Positions 27,710 to 36,376 of a stretch of DNA of 51,107 bases are shown here, piece by piece. Positions within the stretch are counted from its first letter, which is position 1, and every line of letters begins with the position of its first letter. The DNA is from Candidatus Omnitrophota bacterium. Its GTDB lineage: Bacteria > Omnitrophota > Gorgyraeia > Pluralincolimonadales > Pluralincolimonadaceae. A program made the position numbers and the translations under genes. The notes under the pieces were generated by a model that saw only the letters and a program-made list of their open reading frames with translations, was not told where the DNA came from and did no database searches. The DNA lies in the NCBI GenBank assembly GCA_003141835.1, contig PLNR01000005.1, forward strand, positions 1-51,107. The letters are read 5' to 3'.

Positions 27710-28590
27710 CCAAAGGGGAGAAGAAGGACCTGCTAAAGGGCATCCTGTTCACCTCGCCGTGGCTGGTCGGCCTGTCGATATTCGTCATCTATCCGGTCGT
27801 GGCGTCGTTCTATTACAGTTTCTGCTATTATTCCGTGCTCCAACCGCCCCGGTTCATCGGGCTCCTCAATTACAGGGACCTTTTTACCGACCCGATATTC
27901 TGGAAATCGTTGTGGAACACGGCCTATTTTGTCATCTTCATGATACCGCTCGGCTTCGTGACATCGCTTTCATTGGCGATGCTCCTCAATACGAAAGTGA
28001 GGGGCATGGCTTTTTACAGGATGATATTCTTCATACCGTCCTTAGTGCCGATGGTCGCGGGTTCGCTGCTCTGGATGTGGATCTTTAACGGCGAGTACGG
28101 CCTCCTCAATAGTTTCCTGGTAAAGATAGGGATCCCTAACCCGCCGAACTGGCTCATGGACGTGAACTTTGCGAAACCCGCCATCATAATCATGAGCCTC
28201 TGGGGGCTCGGCCAGACGATAGTCATCTATCTCGCCGGCCTGCAGGATGTGCCGGTCACGCTTATCGAGGCGGCCGACCTCGACGGCGCCAGCTGGTTTG
28301 ACAAGCTGTGGAATATCACGATACCGATGATATCTCCGGTGATCTATTTCAATATCATTATGGGGATAATAGGCAGTTTCCAGATCTTCGCCCAGGCCTA
28401 CATCATGACCAACGGCGGCCCGCAGCGCTCGACGACTTTTTACGCGCTTTACCTGTACCAGACCGCGTTCGAGGATTTCAGGATGGGTTACGCCAGCGCG
28501 ATGGCATGGATATTATTCGTCATAATACTCTTGTTGACGATGCTCGTGCAGCGCATCTCCAAAGAGAAAGTCTATTACCATGGGGGCTGA
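27706..28590 (+). CDS. Sugar ABC transporter permease (MalF-type)
   Basis: YLAGLQDVP..LIEAADLDGA EAA motif; multiple TM segments. Confidence 0.94.
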   Translation: MTKGEKKDLLKGILFTSPWLVGLSIFVIYPVVASFYYSFCYYSVLQPPRFIGLLNYRDLFTDPIFWKSLWNTAYFVIFMIPLGFVTSLSLAMLLNTKVRGMAFYRMIFFIPSLVPMVAGSLLWMWIFNGEYGLLNSFLVKIGIPNPPNWLMDVNFAKPAIIIMSLWGLGQTIVIYLAGLQDVPVTLIEAADLDGASWFDKLWNITIPMISPVIYFNIIMGIIGSFQIFAQAYIMTNGGPQRSTTFYALYLYQTAFEDFRMGYASAMAWILFVIILLLTMLVQRISKEKVYYHGG

Positions 28591-29744
28591 TGATGCCGCA
28601 AGGTAAAGGCATAAGATTTTTCACGTACCTGGCTTTGACCGCCTGCTCGGTAGTCTTCGCGCTGCCGTTCGTATGGGTAATGGTCACTTCCTTAAAACCC
28701 GTCGAGCAGACGATGACGATCCCGCCGACGTGGGTCCCGAAGACCTATTATATACAGGTCGCCGGCAAGAAGCTCGAGGTGAAGAAAGGCGTCGTTACGC
28801 AGGAGGCCGGAGTCATTGCCGTCGTCAAGGACGGGCCGAAGAGAGGGGAACGCGTTTTTGTGGCCGACTCCCAACTCAAGGACGGAAAGGCCCTCCTGCA
28901 GGTCCAAGTAGCCGACAGGATCGAGGAAAATTACTATGCCGTGGATATCGAGAAAAAAGTACAACCAGGGTGGGTGCAGGTCATAGAGAAATTTTCGACG
29001 CAGTACGAAAAGGTCGAGCCTTACTGGACGTTCGTCCCGCCGCAGGAAGTGACCGAGAAGGTGAAATTCTGGTTCACTAATTACCTGGACGTCTTCGCGA
29101 AGATACCGTTCCTCAACTACGCCAAGAACACGCTTATCGTCTGCATCCTCGGCGTCATCGGGATGACATTCTCCAGCGCGCTTGTGGCATACGGCTTCTC
29201 CAGGATCACCTGGAAGGGCAGGGATTTCATATTCACACTGACGCTTGCGTCGATGATGATACCTTTTGCGGTGGTAATGGTCCCTCTTTACGGCGTATTC
29301 AAGAATTTCGGATGGATAGGGACCTTAAAGCCGCTGTGGTTCCCGTGTTTCTTCGGCGGCGCCTTTAATATCTTCCTCCTGAAACAATTCTTCATGACGA
29401 TACCCCGCGACCTGACCGACGCGGCCAGGGTCGACGGCTGCAACGAGTTCGAGATCTTCTGGAGGATAATACTGCCGCTGTCGAGACCCGCGCTTTCCGT
29501 AGTGGCGCTCTTCCATTTCATGTACGCGTGGAACGACTTCATGGGGCCCTTGATATACCTCACGAACAAGGACACATATACGCTTTCACTCGGTTTGCAG
29601 GTATTCCAGAGCCAGCACGGCGGGACCGAATGGCACCTGTTGATGGCCGCTTCGGCGATGGTATTATTGCCGATATTGATATTGTTCTTCTTCGCGCAGA
29701 AGACATTCATCCAGGGTGTCGCGCTGACGGGATTGAAGGAATAA
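28590..29744 (+). CDS. Sugar ABC transporter permease (MalG-type) with a large extracytoplasmic insertion
   Basis: IPRDLTDAARVDG EAA motif, WNDFMGPLIY. Start reassigned to the ATG overlapping the upstream TGA. Confidence 0.92.
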   Translation: MMPQGKGIRFFTYLALTACSVVFALPFVWVMVTSLKPVEQTMTIPPTWVPKTYYIQVAGKKLEVKKGVVTQEAGVIAVVKDGPKRGERVFVADSQLKDGKALLQVQVADRIEENYYAVDIEKKVQPGWVQVIEKFSTQYEKVEPYWTFVPPQEVTEKVKFWFTNYLDVFAKIPFLNYAKNTLIVCILGVIGMTFSSALVAYGFSRITWKGRDFIFTLTLASMMIPFAVVMVPLYGVFKNFGWIGTLKPLWFPCFFGGAFNIFLLKQFFMTIPRDLTDAARVDGCNEFEIFWRIILPLSRPALSVVALFHFMYAWNDFMGPLIYLTNKDTYTLSLGLQVFQSQHGGTEWHLLMAASAMVLLPILILFFFAQKTFIQGVALTGLKE

Positions 29745-29761
29745 CGAAACGCTGTTTTGGC

Positions 29762-29790
29762 TTGAAATAGGTGTATGGTTAGTGTAAGAT
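29762..29790 (+). promoter_or_regulatory. Sigma70-type promoter
   Basis: TTGAAA-17 bp-TAAGAT, followed by a strong GGAGG RBS. Confidence 0.5.
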
Positions 29791-29824
29791 TTAACCTTAT
29801 AAGAGAGGAAAGGAGGAGGTTCAG

Positions 29825-30406
29825 ATGAAGAAGGTGTATTCCGCGTTAACCGCAATGGCGATCGTGTTGCTTTTTGCGGGGCAGGTATGTGCCGCCACCC
29901 TGGTCATAGCCGACTTTGATTCCGGGACCAAACCTAACAACATAGGCGGCGATTTCGGCGCCTGGAACAAGGACGAGGCCGATGCGACCCAGGGCTGCAA
30001 GATGGACTTTGATTCGAAGGTGGTGCACGGCACCAAGGGCTTTTCTATCCGCCTGGATTACGATGTAGATTCGCCCAATCCGGCCTACAACGGCTTATGG
30101 ATGAAGCTCCAGAACACGGATGCCTCCAAGTACAGCAAGCTCAGTTTCTGGATCAAGGGTGATGAGACAGCCGGTTTCTCCCCCAAGGTAAAGCTCGAAG
30201 TCAAGAATGCCAAGGGAGAGGTAGGTAAATACCTGGTCACCGGTATCACCAAGGACTGGCAGGAGATATCGATACCGTTAAACCAGTTAACGGGCCTGAC
30301 AGACCTCACTTCCTTGACAGAGTTCGTCATAGTATTCGATGATATGACCTGCGCGTCGAAGAAACAGGGAACGATCTACATAGACGACATAGCGTTCGTT
30401 AAGTAA
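29825..30406 (+). CDS. Secreted stand-alone CBM11-like protein, paralogue of 16301-16972
   Basis: Shares GGDFG.WNKD..D.TQGCK and LDYDVDSPNPAYNG.WMKL with 16301-16972; Sec-type signal peptide. Confidence 0.72.
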   Translation: MKKVYSALTAMAIVLLFAGQVCAATLVIADFDSGTKPNNIGGDFGAWNKDEADATQGCKMDFDSKVVHGTKGFSIRLDYDVDSPNPAYNGLWMKLQNTDASKYSKLSFWIKGDETAGFSPKVKLEVKNAKGEVGKYLVTGITKDWQEISIPLNQLTGLTDLTSLTEFVIVFDDMTCASKKQGTIYIDDIAFVK

Positions 30407-30417
30407 GATATGAAGTA

Positions 30418-31407
30418 ATGGGGCTCCTTGTAGGCCTGACATTCGATATCAGATCCCACAAAGTCCCCAAAGGTTTTCCGGACGATACATGGGCCGAACA
30501 CGATGGTAGAGACACTATCTCTACCATCGTTGAGGCCATTAATTCGGCCGGGAACAAGGCTATACGCATAGGCTCTTCCAGGCGCCTCCTCTCCGCATTA
30601 TCCTCCCTCAAATGCGATATAGTCTTTAATATAGCCGAAGGCATATCCGGGAGGAACCGCGAATCCGAAGTCCCGGTGCTCCTCGACATCGCCGGGATAC
30701 CTTATGCGGGTTCCGACGCGCTCACGCTTTCACTTTCCCTCGATAAGATAATCTCAAAAAAAATATTCATGCATCACGGGATCCCTACGCCGGCATATTT
30801 CGAATGCGTAAAAGGCGGCAGGACTGTCGTGCCCGGGGGATCGGGATTCCCGTTCATAGTAAAGCCGAGGTACGAAGGCTCGGCCAAGGGAATAGAGCCG
30901 GGTTCGGTGGTCAGGGATATGCCGTCTCTCAAGAAGCAAGTGAATAAAATAATCAAAAGATACGGGCAGCCTGCCCTTGTCGAGGAATTTATTGACGGCT
31001 GGGAATTTACCGTAGGCATAATAGGCAACAAGGACCCCGTAGTCCTTCCGGTCGTGCAGCGGCACGTGGAGAAGGAGACCGGATTGAGCAGCCACATCTT
31101 CGGCAAGGCCTGCGCGGATAAGCAAGGCTTGGCTTACAGGGACCTTTTGGATATAGGCGCGCCGCTCGAGGAAAAAATAAAAAAACTTGCGCTCGAAGCG
31201 TTCAAAGGTCTGGAATGCAGGGATTTTGCCAGGATCGATTTCCGCGTCGACCGGAAGAGGCAGCCCCACATACTGGAAATAAACCCGCTTCCGTCCCTGG
31301 CGAGGGACGATTATTTTTCAATGGTCGCGGAGCTGATGGGGATGACGTACGAGAGGATGATAAACATGATGTTAGGGGCAGCCCTGGACAGGTGCGGACT
31401 GCGATGA
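30418..31407 (+). CDS. D-Ala-D-Ala ligase-like ATP-grasp protein
   Basis: VFNIAEG, GIPYAGS, LDKIISK, VKPRYEGSAKGI, ARIDFR, LEINPLP. Confidence 0.88.
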   Translation: MGLLVGLTFDIRSHKVPKGFPDDTWAEHDGRDTISTIVEAINSAGNKAIRIGSSRRLLSALSSLKCDIVFNIAEGISGRNRESEVPVLLDIAGIPYAGSDALTLSLSLDKIISKKIFMHHGIPTPAYFECVKGGRTVVPGGSGFPFIVKPRYEGSAKGIEPGSVVRDMPSLKKQVNKIIKRYGQPALVEEFIDGWEFTVGIIGNKDPVVLPVVQRHVEKETGLSSHIFGKACADKQGLAYRDLLDIGAPLEEKIKKLALEAFKGLECRDFARIDFRVDRKRQPHILEINPLPSLARDDYFSMVAELMGMTYERMINMMLGAALDRCGLR

Positions 31408-32255
31408 AAGACGCGTATTCGCATCCGGGTTTCTGCGACGTCGCCTACGACTGGGACAGGAGGCCGGAATGCGACTTCATAGAGCGGTGCATCGAGAAAT
31501 ATTCCGGCGCGAAAGTCCGCTCCATCCTTGATATAGCTTGCGGGACCGGCATACACTTGATGGAATTCGCGCGGCGAGGATACGATGCGGCGGGTATAGA
31601 CGCGAGAAGAGAGATGGTCGATTTCGTCCAGAAGAGATCCGCTGCCGAAGGCCTCGACGTAAAATGCGCGCAGGCGGATATGAAGAGGTTCGACATTGGA
31701 CGCAGGTTCGGATGCGCTATCTGCATGCTCGATTCATTCAGGTACCTGTTGACCGACAAAGATATATTATCCCACCTAAGATCCGTCTCCGCTTCACTCG
31801 AGGACGGCGGGATCTATGTCATAGACCTCTGGATGCCGGAGGACGACCGCATCGGAGGATGGGAAGACCTCCGCTGGACCCAATCCCGCGGGAATATCCG
31901 CGTCGACGCGAGGTATCTCCAGCACGGGGAGACTTTTAACCCGGGAGAGAAGACATTCGATGACGAGCTCATATTCAAGGTGACCGGCCCTTCGGTCAAC
32001 TCTACCCTGAACTCGAGGGCGAAGACCAGGGCCCTGCTCTTTTCCGAGTTCCGGGAATTGGCGGAAAGGGGAGGATCGTTCGAGCTGAAGGAAAAATTTT
32101 ATAATTTTGACTTTGATTCCAAAGAGGGCTATAATATTAAATCAATGCCGAATGAAGCAGCTCACAGCAGTGATTCTTCGGCATGCCGGCGCATAACTAG
32201 CCAAGTTACTGCATCCGGCATAAGAACGAACCTGGTCCTCAAAAAACGGAGGTAA
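31404..32255 (+). CDS. Class I SAM-dependent methyltransferase
   Basis: ILDIACGTG motif I, GID, ADM, LEDGGIYVID. Start reassigned to the ATGA overlap at 31404. Confidence 0.88.
   Translation: MKDAYSHPGFCDVAYDWDRRPECDFIERCIEKYSGAKVRSILDIACGTGIHLMEFARRGYDAAGIDARREMVDFVQKRSAAEGLDVKCAQADMKRFDIGRRFGCAICMLDSFRYLLTDKDILSHLRSVSASLEDGGIYVIDLWMPEDDRIGGWEDLRWTQSRGNIRVDARYLQHGETFNPGEKTFDDELIFKVTGPSVNSTLNSRAKTRALLFSEFRELAERGGSFELKEKFYNFDFDSKEGYNIKSMPNEAAHSSDSSACRRITSQVTASGIRTNLVLKKRR
32145..32221. repeat. Tandem REP-like palindromes inside the methyltransferase ORF
   Basis: ATGCCGAA(32145)...TTCGGCAT(32184) and ATGCCGG(32183)...CCGGCAT(32221), each with additional inner pairing. Confidence 0.7.
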
Positions 32256-32259
32256 AGAT

Positions 32260-32604
32260 ATGCAGAAAAGCCTGCTTAAATGTTTTATTTTTACCGTTTT
32301 AGCCGCTGTCTTAACCTATCTTCCCGGTTGCGCAGGCATAGAACCTCCGTCCCCCAAACAGATAATAGAACACCCGTTCGGCACCTCTATGCTCAGGGCC
32401 GGCCTCACTAAAGACCAGGTCCTCGCGCAGTGGGGGGAGCCTGACCTGAAGGAATTCGACGACGGTACCAGCAAATGGGGCAACGCCAAGGAGAGATGGA
32501 CGTATTACGGCAGGATGACCGGCCTGCCGGTGGACGAAGGATATCTTACGAAGACGCAGTACCTGTATTTTGACGGAAAGAACCTGGTCAGATATAATGA
32601 ATGA
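32260..32604 (+). CDS. Small lipoprotein, SmpA/BamE-like
   Basis: Lipobox LPGC; GLTKDQVLAQWGEP...ERWTYY...LYFD. Confidence 0.7.
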   Translation: MQKSLLKCFIFTVLAAVLTYLPGCAGIEPPSPKQIIEHPFGTSMLRAGLTKDQVLAQWGEPDLKEFDDGTSKWGNAKERWTYYGRMTGLPVDEGYLTKTQYLYFDGKNLVRYNE

Positions 32605-32785
32605 CGGTACGAAAAAGTTCGATTGCTGTGTCCAGTGCAAGATGTTCTGGGATTGCAGTACCCGCCCGGACAACTTGGCCAGGGAGGGGGAGAGCCATTG
32701 CTGTTCCTCTTGCGGAAATTTCGAATTATGCAGGATAGTTAATGAAAAGATAAAAAAGGAAGGCCCTTTATTTACCCGTATCTAA
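32597..32785 (+). CDS. Small Cys-rich protein (twin CCxxC-x5-C)
   Basis: CCVQCKMFWDC and CCSSCGNFELC. ATG 32597 overlaps the end of the upstream gene. Confidence 0.6.
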   Translation: MNDGTKKFDCCVQCKMFWDCSTRPDNLAREGESHCCSSCGNFELCRIVNEKIKKEGPLFTRI

Positions 32786-33931
32786 TTTAAACGCCAGCTT
32801 TGAGAGGTCAACGCTCTCTTTTATATGGATGCTTTGCTGTTTTGCGAGGTCGATCGTCTTTATCTCGTCCAGTCTCCTTCCGTTTATATCGAAGACCACA
32901 TTTACAACCGGACGCAAGAGATAATCTTCATGGACTTCCGCTACCTTGCCGATCTCATCGGTATTCAACTTGACCCACGTCCCAATAGGATAGAGGCTGA
33001 CGCGTTTTATCAGGGCCTTGATAACTAACGGCGAGAACTGTTCCGAATTCCTTAATATTTCCCTGATCGCATCATGCGGGAAATATTTATCCCTGTAAGG
33101 GCGGGGGTGCGTCATCGCCTCGTACATATCCGCTAACGCGATGATCTGCGTATATTCATGAGTATCTTCGCCTTTGATGCCATCGGGATAACCCGAGCCG
33201 TCCACCCTTTCATGGGCCTGGTGGGCGATCTTAACGGCGAGCTGCAGTATATCGTCCTTGGGGCCTTTTAAAATATCGGATGAGTAGCAGGTATGTTTTT
33301 TAACCTCATCAAATTCAGTTTCACATAACGGTTTCGGGGTTTCGACCAGGTCCAGGACTTTAACCATCCCCAGGTCATAAAGGTATGACGCTATCCCTAA
33401 TTCCTGGAGTTTGGACTTGTTATAGCCTAATGTTGCCCCAATCAAAAGGGAGAGGATGCAGGCGTTCACGGAATGGCACCACAGGTAGTTCTCGGGTGAG
33501 CACCTGTTTGTTATAACTGCCAGCTCGTGTCCGCCTAAACAGACCTGGTCGACCATCTTCCTGATCACCGGGACCACTTGCTGGCAATCGAAAGGTTCGT
33601 CGTTTTTTACCTTAACGAAGATATCCTTTATCAGGTTATACGCTTCCTCGTAAATTTGGGAGGACTCTTCCTTATCTTCTTTCATCTTATTTATCGCTTT
33701 TGAGATCTGGACCTGGTAGGTCGGTTCTTCCTTTTTGGATTCTTTGCGGTCCATCTCCTTTATTGCCTGCGCGAGTTTAAGGTAAGATTGTTCCGTCTTT
33801 TTTTCTTCTTGTTTTTCTGCCGGCTCCTCTTTCTTCTCCTCAATTTTCTTATCTTCAACCGGGGTTTTCGGCGGTTCGGGTTTTTTTGAGATTTTTTGCG
33901 TAAGTTTTATTAAGTCTGAGAGCCGTATCAT
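32768..33931 (-). CDS. HD-GYP domain protein with a degenerate HD dyad
   Basis: HSVN, HERVDGSGYP, ADMYEAMTHPRPYR present; the expected LHD reads LYD. Confidence 0.88.
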   Translation of the reverse strand: MIRLSDLIKLTQKISKKPEPPKTPVEDKKIEEKKEEPAEKQEEKKTEQSYLKLAQAIKEMDRKESKKEEPTYQVQISKAINKMKEDKEESSQIYEEAYNLIKDIFVKVKNDEPFDCQQVVPVIRKMVDQVCLGGHELAVITNRCSPENYLWCHSVNACILSLLIGATLGYNKSKLQELGIASYLYDLGMVKVLDLVETPKPLCETEFDEVKKHTCYSSDILKGPKDDILQLAVKIAHQAHERVDGSGYPDGIKGEDTHEYTQIIALADMYEAMTHPRPYRDKYFPHDAIREILRNSEQFSPLVIKALIKRVSLYPIGTWVKLNTDEIGKVAEVHEDYLLRPVVNVVFDINGRRLDEIKTIDLAKQQSIHIKESVDLSKLAFKLDTGK

Positions 33932-34743
33932 CTTTTTACGACGCCAAAGTCCTCGGCTACTTCCTGCATGATCTTTTCATCCACGTTCTGCGCTTTGGCC
34001 ATCATGCCCACTATCAACCCCATATCGCAGAGGTTGTTCACCCTTCTCGGGATCCCTTCGGAGGCTTCATAGATGACTTTACAGGCGTCATCGGTAAAGA
34101 TCTCGTTTTCCCTGCCGGCTATCGTGCAGCGATGGATGATATACTGCCTCATCTCTTCATAGTCTAATTTATTCAGGTGATATCTTATGGCGAGCCGTTG
34201 TTCAAGCTGGGGGATCTTGTAAACCTTCTCTTTGAGTTCCGGCTGGCCGACGAGGATAAGGGTAAGGAGGAACCTGTTGTTCAACTGGAAATTAAGAAGC
34301 AGCCTTAATTCCTCAAAGACCTCGGGCCTGTCGATCGCCTGCGCCTCGTCAATGATGATCACGGTTTCCACGTCGTTATTCAAGTCGGCGTATAATTTTT
34401 CGTTTAACATATGGAGCAGTTGCAGTTTGCCGCCGACCACGTCCGTGCCTTCAATTTGGAATAATATCTCCCTCAGGAAATCCCGGGGGGAAAGTTTCGG
34501 GTTTACGATCAAAGCGACTTTATACTTGGAATCCTTCTTAGTGAGTTCCGAGATAAGCACGCGGCTTAAGATGGTCTTGCCGCTTCCGTATTCGCCCGTA
34601 AGCAAGGCGGCGCCTTTTCTTTCCCTTACGGCGTAGAACATGCGCATGAGCGCCTCTTCGTGTTTCGGGGAATGGTATAAAAAACGGGGATCGGGTACGT
34701 TCTCGAAAGGTTTTTCTTTAAGCTTCCAATATTCCTCGTACAT
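33928..34743 (-). CDS. ExeA/GspA-family AAA ATPase
   Basis: MYEEYW.L...PF...PDP.F N-terminus, Walker A GEYGSGKT, Walker B IIIDEAQ, LVGQPEL, GIPRRVN. Confidence 0.9.
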   Translation of the reverse strand: MYEEYWKLKEKPFENVPDPRFLYHSPKHEEALMRMFYAVRERKGAALLTGEYGSGKTILSRVLISELTKKDSKYKVALIVNPKLSPRDFLREILFQIEGTDVVGGKLQLLHMLNEKLYADLNNDVETVIIIDEAQAIDRPEVFEELRLLLNFQLNNRFLLTLILVGQPELKEKVYKIPQLEQRLAIRYHLNKLDYEEMRQYIIHRCTIAGRENEIFTDDACKVIYEASEGIPRRVNNLCDMGLIVGMMAKAQNVDEKIMQEVAEDFGVVKR

Positions 34744-34745
34744 CG

Positions 34746-35765
34746 TTACCTCGTCGCCTTTTTACCGGCGACCATTAAAGCAGCAATGAGGATAAAGATT
34801 ATGGATATCTGCACCAAAATCAGTATAGCATGAATCAAGGGTGCTTTCAATAAAACAATTGCGCTGATCCCAAGCGATAAGCTTACAAAATAGATAAATA
34901 TCGTTGCTTTCAACGGGCTGAAACCCATGTCCAGGAGGCGATGGTGGAAATGGTCCCTTCCGGTATACTCCAGCCATTCCTTGAAATTTTTTACTTCCCC
35001 GTGCCTGACCCGCATGATCGTCGTGAAGATAACATCGAAGATCGGGACGCCCAGGATCAGGACCGGCACGACAAGCGCCACCTCATTATTGTATGCCCAA
35101 TCCCCTAAAACAGCAAAGCCGGCCAAAATAAAGCCTAAAAAATTGCTGCCGGCGTCGCCTAAAAAAATATTGAAAGGCCTCAGGTTATATATTAAAAATC
35201 CCAAACAGGCGCCTAAGGCGGCCAATGTTAACGCTATAATGGCCGGCTGGCCGGTCAATATGGCGATTACCAGAAAACAGGCCAAAACTATTGCGCTGAC
35301 CCCGGTCGCCAGCCCGTCCAAGCCATCCAGGAAATTCATGGCGTTAGTTATGCCGACGACCCAAAATATCGTCAGCAATATTTCCGCCATATCTCCCCAT
35401 AGGGTAGGAGGAAAGAACGACAGGCAGACGCCGTATTTTATTATTATTACCGATGCAATGACCTGGATTATAAGCCTGAATAGCGCGGATAGCCCTTTTA
35501 TGTCGTCGATCAGCCCGACGAGCATGACCAGGCTCCCGCCTAAGACCAGCCCCTTTATTTCGGTCTGCCGCGGCCCGGCGTATAGAAGCGCGATCAAGAA
35601 AGAAGCCCAGACAACGACCCCGCCCAAAAGGGGCACGGGGGTTTTGTGGATCTTTCTCTTGTTAGGATAGTCTAATATCTTAAAACGCCCGGCAATTAAT
35701 TTCGCGAGGGGGGTCAGGATAATGGCGGCTAAAAAAGAGGCCAGGAACAGGACCAGCGGCTTCAT
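34746..35765 (-). CDS. WecA/TagO-like polyprenyl-phosphate HexNAc-1-phosphate transferase (MraY family)
   Basis: RKIH..PVP.LGG, GLIDD, NAMNFLDGLDGLA, IFLGDAGS, DHFHHRL. Confidence 0.92.
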   Translation of the reverse strand: MKPLVLFLASFLAAIILTPLAKLIAGRFKILDYPNKRKIHKTPVPLLGGVVVWASFLIALLYAGPRQTEIKGLVLGGSLVMLVGLIDDIKGLSALFRLIIQVIASVIIIKYGVCLSFFPPTLWGDMAEILLTIFWVVGITNAMNFLDGLDGLATGVSAIVLACFLVIAILTGQPAIIALTLAALGACLGFLIYNLRPFNIFLGDAGSNFLGFILAGFAVLGDWAYNNEVALVVPVLILGVPIFDVIFTTIMRVRHGEVKNFKEWLEYTGRDHFHHRLLDMGFSPLKATIFIYFVSLSLGISAIVLLKAPLIHAILILVQISIIFILIAALMVAGKKATR

Positions 35766-36376
35766 ATCTTTAGCAACAACCGGTGGGACTTGAAACCTTC
35801 GGCGTATTTTACCCTTGCTTGCGCTCCCCTGAAGGCCGCCCAGGACTTTACGGTCCCTAAAATGTTTGAATTATGGTTCGGCGTTTTTTTGATCTGTGAA
35901 CGGTGGGACCTTAGCAGTTTTATCTTGGCGTCCAGGGTGCCGCTTATGTCTATGAAAATATTGGGGTCAAGGCCCTGGCTGCCAGGTAATTCATAATGGA
36001 GGACATTTTTTATGAACCGGGCCGCCGCAAGGCTCGCTTTTCCGGCATTCCTATGGTCCTGGTGAATGTCATCCGGATAACAGGTAAAGACGATGTCCGG
36101 GTGGATCTTATCGAGGATATCCTCGATAAAGGAGATGAGCGGCTGTCCTTCGGGGATCATCGCGTCGGAGAAATCTCCCCAGTATATCTTTTTTGGTTTC
36201 AGGAGCCTTGCCGATTTCTCCTGCTCCTTCGTCCTTAATGCCGGGTTACCTCCCGCCTCACCCCTGCTTAGGACCAGAAGGTATATCTTGTGCCCGCTCC
36301 TGGAATATTTTGTTAAAGCCCCGCCGCAGCCGAATTCAATGTCATCCGGATGCGCCCCGATCGCTAATATATTCAT
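35762..36376 (-). CDS. PIG-L/LmbE-family deacetylase
   Basis: AHPDDIE and HQDH motifs. Confidence 0.92.
   Translation of the reverse strand: MNILAIGAHPDDIEFGCGGALTKYSRSGHKIYLLVLSRGEAGGNPALRTKEQEKSARLLKPKKIYWGDFSDAMIPEGQPLISFIEDILDKIHPDIVFTCYPDDIHQDHRNAGKASLAAARFIKNVLHYELPGSQGLDPNIFIDISGTLDAKIKLLRSHRSQIKKTPNHNSNILGTVKSWAAFRGAQARVKYAEGFKSHRLLLKI

Noticed and set aside
28308-28589. N-terminal extensions given by the ORF track (also 2817, 3610, 31215, 37193, 49334)
   Set aside because: They overlap upstream genes or promoters. Downstream ATGs with an RBS, translational coupling or family-typical N-termini fit better.
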